This document shows positions 56,344 to 64,000 of a DNA stretch of 64,000 bases, piece by piece. Positions within the stretch are counted from its first letter, which is position 1. The number at the start of each line of letters is the position of its first letter. The stretch spans positions 2,571 to 66,570 of the forward strand of contig CAZMCC010000001.1 in the NCBI GenBank assembly GCA_964564695.1. The letters run 5' to 3'. The position numbers and the translations under genes were made by a program. The DNA comes from an uncultured Phycisphaeraceae bacterium (GTDB taxonomy: Bacteria > Planctomycetota > Phycisphaerae > Phycisphaerales > UBA1924). The notes under the pieces are model-generated. The model ran no database searches. It had not been told where the DNA came from and saw only the letters and a program-made list of their open reading frames with translations.

Positions 56344-57602
56344 ACACCTCATCTCTCCATTCGACCATGGACAACACCCTCACGCCACTGCTCGGCCAGC
56401 AGTGGCTGCAGGACATCTGGTTCAAGCAGCGCGCCGCCAGCGAGCTCGGACGCGACTCCGACTGGCTGTTCATGTACGTGCTGTGGGTCAACATCATCAG
56501 CTTCGTCGTCGTCATCGGGCTGATGATCTACTTCGCCTGGAAGTACCACCGCAGCAAGCAGAACACCAACTACCAGGTCAGCGCCAGCCACAACACCCCC
56601 ATGGAGCTCGCCTGGTCCATCATCCCCCTCCTGGTGATGGTTCCCATCTTTTTCGTCGGCTTCTACGGGTACATCGACAAGCTCGCCGCCCCCGCCAACG
56701 CCGAGGAGATCCGCGTCACCGGCATGCAGTGGAACTGGCAGGCCACGTACTCCAACGGCAAGCAGGCCGACGACTTCATGATGGTCCCCGACGAGGTCGC
56801 CACCAGCGGCCCCATGACCCAGTGGAAGGCCGACACCCTCCGCGCGGGCAACATCACCGAAACCCCGATCATCTACGTCCCCGCCGGGCGTGCCGTCCGC
56901 ATTCTGCTCAACAGCAGCGACGTGATCCACAGCTTCTACATCCCCGGCTTCCGCGTGAAGATCGACGTCTTCCCCAACCGCTACACCAGCCTCAACTTCA
57001 CCCCCGAAGAGGCCGGCTTCGACCACGTCGTGTGGTGCGCCGAGTACTGCGGCAAGAACCACTCCGAAATGGCCGCCTGGATCCGCGTCGTCAGCGAAGA
57101 AGACTTCCAGATCTACAAGAACAAGATCAAGGTTCTCACCGACGAGATCTTCAAGGACCCCGCGACCGGCAAGCCCAGCCTCGTCAAGTACGGCGAGTAC
57201 CTCTCCAAGATCAAGGGTTGCCGCGCCTGCCACAGCGTCGACGGCACCGCCAACACCGGCCCGACCTGGACCCAGGTCTTCGGCGAGGCCAAGGAATTCT
57301 CCGCCACCAACAACGACAAGAGCTACACCGCCGAGCAGATGAGCGACTCGACGCACTTCGCCAACTACATCCGCGAGTCTGTCTACGACCCGCTCGCCAA
57401 GATCCACACCGGCTTCAACCCCCAGATGAACAGCTACCGCGGGCTCGTCACCGAGGACCAGCTCGTCAGCCTTACCGCCTACATCAAGAGCCTCTCCCCC
57501 AAGGCGCCCAAAGATACCGGCGCGGCCCCGACTACCCCGCCGCCCGCCCCCGCCCCCGCCCCCGCCCCCGCCCCCCCCCCCCCCGCCGGCGGCGGCCACT
57601 GA
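56340..57602 (+). CDS. ctaC: Cytochrome c oxidase subunit II with a fused cytochrome c domain (caa3 type)
   Basis: CuA site HSFYIPGFRVKID...CAEYCGKNHSEM. C-terminal heme c site CRACHS. ATGA overlap with the SCO gene. Confidence 0.9.
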   Translation: MNTSSLHSTMDNTLTPLLGQQWLQDIWFKQRAASELGRDSDWLFMYVLWVNIISFVVVIGLMIYFAWKYHRSKQNTNYQVSASHNTPMELAWSIIPLLVMVPIFFVGFYGYIDKLAAPANAEEIRVTGMQWNWQATYSNGKQADDFMMVPDEVATSGPMTQWKADTLRAGNITETPIIYVPAGRAVRILLNSSDVIHSFYIPGFRVKIDVFPNRYTSLNFTPEEAGFDHVVWCAEYCGKNHSEMAAWIRVVSEEDFQIYKNKIKVLTDEIFKDPATGKPSLVKYGEYLSKIKGCRACHSVDGTANTGPTWTQVFGEAKEFSATNNDKSYTAEQMSDSTHFANYIRESVYDPLAKIHTGFNPQMNSYRGLVTEDQLVSLTAYIKSLSPKAPKDTGAAPTTPPPAPAPAPAPAPPPPAGGGH

Positions 57603-57641
57603 TCCCAGTTCGTTCCCCACGCCTCACGCATAGGTGCAGCG

Positions 57642-59468
57642 ATGTCCACCATCAGCGGTTCTCACGGTTCCCACGACTCCGGCCACGCCCACGGGCATGG
57701 CCACGCGCACGGCCACGACGACCATGCCCATCACCACGCGCCGTACCTGACCCCCAAGGGCGGCTTCATCACGACGGTCGTCGACTGGGCGACCACGATC
57801 GATCACAAGAAGATCGGCGTGATGTACCTCTTCGCCATCCTCCTGATGTTCTTCTTCGGTGGCCTCGCCGCCATCGCTGTCCGCATGGAGCTCTTCACGC
57901 CGACCACGGTCGAGACCATCGGCAACACCACCACCATCTCCGGCCAGATGTTCAAGCCCGCCGCCGACGTCACCGACATCAAGCTCGGCAACGAGACCTA
58001 CAACCGCATCTTCACGCTCCACGGCCTGATCATGGTCTTCCTCGTGATCGTCCCGAGCGTCCCCGCCAGCCTCGGCAACTTCCTCTTGCCCCTGATGCTG
58101 GGGGCCAAAGACGTCGCCTTCCCCAAACTCAACTTGATGAGTTGGTACATCTACGTCTTCGGGTCGATGTTCGCGATCCTCGCGGTCATCCTCGGCGGCG
58201 TCGACACCGGCTGGACCTTCTACACGCCCTATTCAACAACCACAGACGCCGACCACATGCGCGTGGTCTACATGATCCTCGCCGCGTTCACCCTCGGCTT
58301 CAGCTCGATCTTCACGGGCCTGAACTTCGTCGTCACCGTCCACAAGCTTCGCGCCCCCGGCATGGGCTGGTTCGACATGCCCCTGTTCGTCTGGGGCATC
58401 TACGCGACGAGCATCATCCAGGTCCTCGCGACGCCCGTCATCGGCATCACCCTCCTGCTGCTCATCTTCGAGCGGCTCTTCCACATCGGCATCTTCGACC
58501 CCCGCCTGGGCGGCGACCCGGTGCTCTTCCAGCACTTCTTCTGGTTCTACAGCCACCCGGTTGTGTACGTGATGATCCTCCCGGGCATGGCGATCATCTC
58601 CGAGCTCATCGCGGTTCACAGCCGGAAGAAAATCTTCGGCTACCGCGCCGTCGCGTTCAGCTCGCTGGCCATCGCCGGCATCGCCTTCATCGTGTGGGGC
58701 CACCACCTGTTCACGAGCCAGGGCGAGGTCATCAGCACGATCTTCTCCGCCCTCACCTTCCTCGTCGCGATCCCCACCGCCGTCAAGGTCTTCAACTGGA
58801 CGGCCACCCTGTATAAAGGATCGATCGCCCTCACCACGCCCATGCTCTACGCCCTGGGCTTCCTCTTCCTCTTCTCGATCGGCGGCCTCACCGGCCTCTT
58901 CCTGGGCGCCCTCGCCACCGACCTCCACCTGCACGACACCTACTTCGTCGTCGCCCACTTCCACTACGTCATGATGGGCGGCACGATCATCGCCTTCGTC
59001 GGCGGCATCCACCACTGGTGGCCGAAGATGTTCGGCAAGATGTACGCCGAGTTCCCCGCCAAGATCGGCTTCTGGCTCGTCTTCATCGGGTTCAACCTGA
59101 CCTTCTTCCCGCAGTTCATCATGGGCAGCCAGGGCATGCCGCGCCGCTACGCGAGCTACGCCCCCGAATTCCACATCTATCACCAGCTCAGCACCATCGG
59201 CGCCTTCACGCTGCTCGCCGGCTTCGTCACCCACGCCCTCACCTTCTTCCACTCGCTCATGTGGGGCAAGAAGGCCGAGCCCAACCCCTGGGGCGGCCTC
59301 ACCTTCGAGTGGACCAACGCCGCCAGCCCCCCGATCGAGCACAACTTCGACCACGAGCCCGTCACCACCCACGGCCCGTACGACTACGACACCGTCCTCC
59401 CGCCCCAGACCCGCCCGGGCGAGTGGCAGCTCCCCAAGCCGGCCGCGGGCGGCTCGTCGCACCACTGA
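57642..59468 (+). CDS. ctaD: Cytochrome c oxidase subunit I
   Basis: Canonical heme-copper oxidase motifs ([49 protein letters not shown]). His-rich N-terminal extension. Confidence 0.95.
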   Translation: MSTISGSHGSHDSGHAHGHGHAHGHDDHAHHHAPYLTPKGGFITTVVDWATTIDHKKIGVMYLFAILLMFFFGGLAAIAVRMELFTPTTVETIGNTTTISGQMFKPAADVTDIKLGNETYNRIFTLHGLIMVFLVIVPSVPASLGNFLLPLMLGAKDVAFPKLNLMSWYIYVFGSMFAILAVILGGVDTGWTFYTPYSTTTDADHMRVVYMILAAFTLGFSSIFTGLNFVVTVHKLRAPGMGWFDMPLFVWGIYATSIIQVLATPVIGITLLLLIFERLFHIGIFDPRLGGDPVLFQHFFWFYSHPVVYVMILPGMAIISELIAVHSRKKIFGYRAVAFSSLAIAGIAFIVWGHHLFTSQGEVISTIFSALTFLVAIPTAVKVFNWTATLYKGSIALTTPMLYALGFLFLFSIGGLTGLFLGALATDLHLHDTYFVVAHFHYVMMGGTIIAFVGGIHHWWPKMFGKMYAEFPAKIGFWLVFIGFNLTFFPQFIMGSQGMPRRYASYAPEFHIYHQLSTIGAFTLLAGFVTHALTFFHSLMWGKKAEPNPWGGLTFEWTNAASPPIEHNFDHEPVTTHGPYDYDTVLPPQTRPGEWQLPKPAAGGSSHH

Positions 59469-59548
59469 TGCAAAGGACACCAGGTGCCGCGAGCGCCCTC
59501 GGCACTTGAGACACCTCGACCCCTTGAACTTCCGATAGAGGCACACGA

Positions 59549-60241
59549 ATGTCCACCATCGACCTCGGCGACCGCTTCCCGCAGCACACGGGCGATCGTC
59601 CATACAGCGAGACCTACAAGGCCGCGTCGCACTTCCGCGACCGCGACCACGAGTTTGACGCCGTCAAGCTCGGCGTGTGGCTCTTCCTCTCCACCGAAGT
59701 CCTGCTGTTCAGCGGCATGTTCGTCGGCTACGCCGTCCTCCGCCTGCTGCACCCCGAGGCCTTCGTCAACGGCTCGGGCTACCTCGACGTCCGCTGGGGC
59801 CTGCTCAACACCATCGTCCTGCTCTACTCCAGCTTCACCGTCGCCACCGCCGTGCGGTGCGCACAGGTCGGCAACATCCCCGGGCTCAAGAAGAACATCC
59901 TCATCACGCTCTTCTGCGGCGTGGCCTTCATCGTCATCAAGTTCGTCTTCGAGTACTACCCCAAGTGGAGCCAGGGCAAGCTCCCCGGCAAGTTCTTCAG
60001 CTACCCCGGCGCCCACGACCCCAACGAGCCGCTCTGGTGGGGCCTCTACTGGGGCGCCACCGGCATCCACGCCACCCACGTCCTCGTCGGCATCCTCCTG
60101 TTCATCTGGCTCTACATCCGCGCCGGCAAGCGCCACTTCGGCCCCACGCACTACAACGCCGTCGAAGGCGTCGGCCTCTACTGGCACATCGTCGACATCG
60201 TGTGGATCTTCCTCTTCCCCCTTCTTTACCTCATCCACTGA
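59549..60241 (+). CDS. ctaE: Cytochrome c oxidase subunit III
   Basis: LGVWLFLSTEVLLFSGMF...YWGATGIHATHVLVGIL...VEGVGLYWHIVDIVWIFLFPLLYL. Confidence 0.9.
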   Translation: MSTIDLGDRFPQHTGDRPYSETYKAASHFRDRDHEFDAVKLGVWLFLSTEVLLFSGMFVGYAVLRLLHPEAFVNGSGYLDVRWGLLNTIVLLYSSFTVATAVRCAQVGNIPGLKKNILITLFCGVAFIVIKFVFEYYPKWSQGKLPGKFFSYPGAHDPNEPLWWGLYWGATGIHATHVLVGILLFIWLYIRAGKRHFGPTHYNAVEGVGLYWHIVDIVWIFLFPLLYLIH

Positions 60242-60298
60242 TTCGCCGGTCCCTAGCCCCAGTCCCCAGTCCCTAGTCCCTGTTTCGAGGCAACGACC

Positions 60299-61051
60299 AT
60301 GAGCAGCGGCCAAGACGAATTCATCATCCACGACGACGGCCACGCCGACAACTACGGCGAGCACCACGGCCACATCATCGTCTCCCCCGGGACGCTGCTC
60401 GCCGTCTTCAGCGCCCTGCTCTTCTTCACCCTTCTCACCGTGGGCCTCGCCCAGGCCGAGAAGCTCATCAGCCACACCTTCGACTTCGTCATCCCCCAAT
60501 GGGTGAACGTCATGGTCGCCATGAGCATCGCGAGCGTCAAGACCATGCTCGTCGTCCTCTACTTCATGCAGCTCAAGTACGACAACCCCATCAACGGGAT
60601 GGTCTTCATCTTCACCCTCCTCACCGTCGCCTTCTTCCTCGGCTTCACCATCATCGACCTCGGTAACCGCGGCTCGCTCTACGCCTACAAGGCCCAGTAC
60701 ATCGTGCCCGGCGGCACCGGACTCGGCACCGGCAAACCGATCACCGCCACCGCCGCCGCCGCGGCCTCCGAGCCCGGCAATCCCCTCCACGAACTCTGGC
60801 TCCACTCCCAGCACCGCGACGACACGCACCTCCGCCGCGGCGCCGGCGACTTCACCCTGATCTTCGACGATGCCCCCATGTCGCGCTCCGGCGCCGAGCA
60901 CAGCCGCCCCCTCACGGGCCTCACGCTCCCCGGCTTCGCCAAGCCCCACGACGACGCCCACGGCGCACCCAAGCCCGCCGACTCCCACGGCACCAAGCCC
61001 GCCGAACCCAAGCCCGCTGAGCCGGCCAAACCCGCGTCCGGCGGCCACTGA
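60299..61051 (+). CDS. ctaF: Prokaryotic cytochrome c oxidase subunit IV family protein with a C-terminal extension of about 125 aa
   Basis: Core MVAMSIASVKTMLVVLYFMQLKYDNPINGMVFIFTLLTVAFFLG is typical of bacterial subunit IV. A non-membrane Pro/Ala/Lys-rich tail follows. Confidence 0.7.
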   Translation: MSSGQDEFIIHDDGHADNYGEHHGHIIVSPGTLLAVFSALLFFTLLTVGLAQAEKLISHTFDFVIPQWVNVMVAMSIASVKTMLVVLYFMQLKYDNPINGMVFIFTLLTVAFFLGFTIIDLGNRGSLYAYKAQYIVPGGTGLGTGKPITATAAAAASEPGNPLHELWLHSQHRDDTHLRRGAGDFTLIFDDAPMSRSGAEHSRPLTGLTLPGFAKPHDDAHGAPKPADSHGTKPAEPKPAEPAKPASGGH

Positions 61052-61105
61052 CCTCCCGTAACACCCGCCCCTCGCAACGGGGCGCTTCACCCGAGTTCGC
61101 GTTCC

Positions 61106-61966
61106 ATGAGCCGACGCACCGGCATCATCCTGGCCCTCGTGAGCGCGGTCCTCCTCGCCGTCAGCGTCGTGAGCATGACGCGCCGGGTCCGGGACTACAA
61201 CGCCCGCGCCGAGTTCCCGCAGTACTCCATCAAGAACGTCACCACGCGCGAGCTTGATGTGTTCAGCCGCCCGGTGCGCATCCTCGATTCGCATCTGCCG
61301 GGGGGGAGTGGGGGGGGCGGCCAGGCCGCGATCACGATCGAGTACGGGCCGACCCCGATCACCACGCCCATCAAAGCCCCGCCCGCGCCCGACCTGCCCA
61401 AGCTCGTCGGCTACGCCGAGTGGCTCGCGATCCTCGACATCAAGGAATTCGCCCCCAAGACGCACGTTGACGAGTTGACGCAGCCCGTGAGCCGTCGCGT
61501 CGCGATCGTCAAGCGCAACCCCGCCGAGGGCTACGACCCCGACACCTGGGGCTCGGTCCGCCGCGCCGACTGGACCTTCGACTTCTTCATCCTCACCCCC
61601 GAGGGCACGATTCAGACCGAACGCTGGCGCTTCCCCCGCGGCGAACGCGGCGAGAAACGACTCCAGGCCGCCGCGGCGGCCGCCGCGAAGGTTGGGGGGG
61701 GTGGGGGGGGAACGCCCCCCGACCCGTCCGAGGCCGGGCTCATGAACATCAAGCCCCTCGAAGAGCGGAGCTGGGAATACGCCGCCGCCCTCTTCGTCAT
61801 CCCCGCGCTGCAGGTGCCGAAGTACAAGTTCAAGGACGACGCCGTGAGCGCCATGGGCTGGACGCTCCCGGTCGGCATGTTCAGTGCACTGGGGCTGACG
61901 TGTGGGGTGGTGTTCGGCGCCGCCCGGAACCGGCCGGAGCCGGTCCAACAGACCGTCGCGTCGTAA
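61106..61966 (+). CDS. Hypothetical membrane protein (N- and C-terminal TM segments), last gene of the respiratory cluster
   Basis: TM segments IILALVSAVLLAVSVV and GWTLPVGMFSALGLTCGVVFGA. Two poly-Gly inserts. No recognised family. Confidence 0.5.
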   Translation: MSRRTGIILALVSAVLLAVSVVSMTRRVRDYNARAEFPQYSIKNVTTRELDVFSRPVRILDSHLPGGSGGGGQAAITIEYGPTPITTPIKAPPAPDLPKLVGYAEWLAILDIKEFAPKTHVDELTQPVSRRVAIVKRNPAEGYDPDTWGSVRRADWTFDFFILTPEGTIQTERWRFPRGERGEKRLQAAAAAAAKVGGGGGGTPPDPSEAGLMNIKPLEERSWEYAAALFVIPALQVPKYKFKDDAVSAMGWTLPVGMFSALGLTCGVVFGAARNRPEPVQQTVAS

Positions 61967-62007
61967 CGGCAAGCATCAGGCGTTGGTCGGGTCGACGCTG
62001 ACGTCGC

Positions 62008-63138
62008 CTACAGCTCGATCGCGCCCGTCTCGACTTTGTTGATATCCGCCGGCCCGTTGCGGACCGCGAGGCGCGCGATGACCTGCCCGAGCCGGCGCAG
62101 CTCGTCGCGTGCCCCGCTCACCGACTTGGATTCCTTCACCGTCCACAGCGCGATCGTCGCACAGTCGGTCAGCACCGGGAACCCGAAACCCGTGCCCGTC
62201 GCCATGAGGACTTCGCACACGCTGGCGGCCAGCTCCGCGTCGTCCTCGTTGATCGCCTTCTCGATGTCGCTCACCTTGCGCCGGGCCGCCTCGATGTAGT
62301 TCTGCACCGGCTCCATCGACGGCAGCGCGTCCGCCATCTCGCTGTAGATCGGCGCGTCGCCCGTCGGGGCGCTGCGGGCCCGCACGTGGTTGCTCACGCG
62401 CCGGATCAGCTCCGCCGCGTCGTAGGGCTTGGCGATCAGCTCGTCCGCCCCCGCCTCGATCGCCGCCTTCGCGCCGGCCGAGTTGCCGTCCACCGTCAGC
62501 AGCAGGATCGGCCCGCGGAAACCGCTCGTCCGCACCGCCTTCACGAAGTCCGCGCCCGACTGCCCCACGGGCGTCGAGTCGGCGATGAGCACGTCGTACA
62601 GCTCCGCCACCAGCGACTTCATCGCCTGGACCGGCCCGTCGACGCAGTTGACCTGCATCGGCGAGTTCGCCAGCGTCATCTTCATGAGTTCTCTGTCCAT
62701 CGCCTCCGCGTCGACGTACAGCAGCCGGGCCGGCACGATCTCGGCCATCAGCCCGCGCTGCGCCACCGCGCCGCGCCCGGTCGTCGAGCTCACGTACTGG
62801 CGCGTGTCGACCGGCGTATCAAACGTCGCGCCCATCTGGTGCATCCGCCCCGAGACGTGCGAACACCACCGTACCAGGCCCTTGACGGTCACCTGTCGGC
62901 CCATCGCGTTGATGAGCTGGATCGTGCACTTGCTGCCCGGGTGCACAAAGCCGCACGTGAGGAAGCACACGCCGCCCGCCGAGATGTTCCGCGTGTACGC
63001 GTCGACCTTCGTCGTGGACCCGCCCGGGTGGATCAGCGCGATCGGCGTGGGGCCGCAGCGGTACCGCAGCCGCTCGTACTTGCGGCGCTGCTTGGCCGCG
63101 GGATTGGCTTCGTCCGCGGCGTCCAGCGCGTCAAGCAT
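62008..63138 (-). CDS. PilZ - receiver (REC) - HPt-like three-domain signalling protein
   Basis: PilZ motifs RKYER (RxxxR) and NISAGG (D/NxSxxG). REC-like LLYVDAE...DVLIADSTP...ILLLTV...IAKPY. The C-terminal four-helix HPt-like region has CEVLMATG where AHxLKG is expected. ATG at 63136-63138; the ORF extends to 63354. Confidence 0.7.
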   Translation of the reverse strand: MLDALDAADEANPAAKQRRKYERLRYRCGPTPIALIHPGGSTTKVDAYTRNISAGGVCFLTCGFVHPGSKCTIQLINAMGRQVTVKGLVRWCSHVSGRMHQMGATFDTPVDTRQYVSSTTGRGAVAQRGLMAEIVPARLLYVDAEAMDRELMKMTLANSPMQVNCVDGPVQAMKSLVAELYDVLIADSTPVGQSGADFVKAVRTSGFRGPILLLTVDGNSAGAKAAIEAGADELIAKPYDAAELIRRVSNHVRARSAPTGDAPIYSEMADALPSMEPVQNYIEAARRKVSDIEKAINEDDAELAASVCEVLMATGTGFGFPVLTDCATIALWTVKESKSVSGARDELRRLGQVIARLAVRNGPADINKVETGAIEL

Positions 63139-63331
63139 TGCGGCGATTCCCGCATCGATTCCTGGCTTGGATGGCCTTGCGCAGGCTGCTCTGGACACCG
63201 TGCACCTCCGGGGGAACCCGGAACATGCATCGGTCCGCACACCGTGCGCCTCAATCTCCACTTCATGTTCGGAGACTGAATAACCGGTTGGCACCGGCCC
63301 TAGCCCGCGCTTTTTTACAATGGACGCCCGC

Positions 63332-64000
63332 TCAGCGCCCCGATCCGCCATCAATGTCCGAGAACCATCCCGCGCTCCGCACGCCCCGAACCCCCCGCAG
63401 CGCCGCCTCCGGCCCGATCACGAACCACTCCGGGTACCCCACGCCCGACACGAAGTAGGGCAGCTGGTTCGTCAGGCGCATCCCCGCGATGTCCGTCCCG
63501 CCCACGAGCCCGACCCGCCGGTCCCCCCCGCCCCCCCCGCCCCCCCCGCGCCGCGGCACGATCGCCAGCACCGCCACCCCCGTGCCCTCGAGCTTGCCCG
63601 AGAGCCGCTCGGTGTTCGCGAGCTTCGCCCACGCGCCGTTGGTCTTCTCGTTGCCGTACAGCACGGCGTTGATCTTCTCGGTCCCCGGCTCCGCGAGGAA
63701 CTGGGCATCGCTCATCACGCGGAACGACGCATTCCCGCGGTACAGGAACGTCTCGGAGTCGAACCGCGCCTTGGCCAGCCCCCACGCGGTCTCGGTGTCC
63801 GAGCCGCGGGTGCCGTACACGAGCACGGGCTCGTCGCGGAAGGCGTCCTTGAACCCGCCGCCGCAGATCCGGACCTCGGGGACGCCCGTTTCGCCCGCGC
63901 CCGGCAGCGTGTGCGACTTGAGGAAGGTCATCAGCGCCGGCCAGTCGACGCACTCGTTGCCCCACCAGTGCCCGGCCTCGGGCTGCTCGTGGTATTCGAG
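63332..64000 (-). CDS. C-terminal part of a larger protein (alpha/beta-hydrolase-like segment plus C-terminal domain); N-terminus lies beyond the right window edge
   Basis: The reverse frame stays open to position 64000 (LEYHEQPEAGHWWGNECVDWPALMTFLKSH...). It contains a poly-Gly insert, [14 protein letters not shown]. The product call is tentative. Confidence 0.45.
   Translation of the reverse strand, partial: LEYHEQPEAGHWWGNECVDWPALMTFLKSHTLPGAGETGVPEVRICGGGFKDAFRDEPVLVYGTRGSDTETAWGLAKARFDSETFLYRGNASFRVMSDAQFLAEPGTEKINAVLYGNEKTNGAWAKLANTERLSGKLEGTGVAVLAIVPRRGGGGGGGGDRRVGLVGGTDIAGMRLTNQLPYFVSGVGYPEWFVIGPEAALRGVRGVRSAGWFSDIDGGSGR

Noticed and set aside
59384-61972. 862-aa ORF on the - strand, plus similar long antisense ORFs (737..2338, 8720..10396, 9862..12012, 33488..35215, 41232..42833, 55754..58816)
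   Set aside because: All overlap motif-supported genes on the other strand or frame, and all show Arg/Gly/Pro/Asp-rich out-of-frame composition.

Overview
Gene-dense, very high-GC (about 70%) bacterial chromosome segment. The gene content suggests a Planctomycetota/Phycisphaerae-like organism (low-confidence inference): PEP-CTERM tails, high-GC dockerin-like tails, a T2SS-like pseudopilin operon, an alternative complex III (ACIII) operon fused to caa3 oxidase genes, and a TPR protein with RpoA alpha-CTD domains. I recognised no rRNA, tRNA, CRISPR array, transposase or integrase. Main blocks, left to right: two DUF1254/DUF1214 paralogs; a minus-strand run of TPR/alpha-CTD protein, MATE transporter and pdxA; a dockerin-tailed secreted protein plus a TPR lipoprotein downstream of a gspF-G-pseudopilin-K-(C/L/M-like) operon; a NUDIX gene; a tandem array of five secreted parallel beta-helix paralogs; tdh; a lower-GC Fic gene; PEP-CTERM and dockerin-tailed surface proteins; a cytoplasmic C25-like peptidase with a tightly coupled small ORF; pyrE; an Hsp70 paralog; a second beta-helix locus (two intact copies plus a remnant); a nitroreductase; ctaA; and a long respiratory supercluster (actA, a two-gene lower-GC insertion, actBCDEF, SCO1, ctaCDEF). 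The most unusual signals are the eight-member beta-helix family with invariant N- and C-terminal modules, the surface-protein insertion inside the ACIII operon, the C25-like peptidase pair, and several long palindromic intergenic elements. All product calls come from motif recognition by eye. No database search was run.
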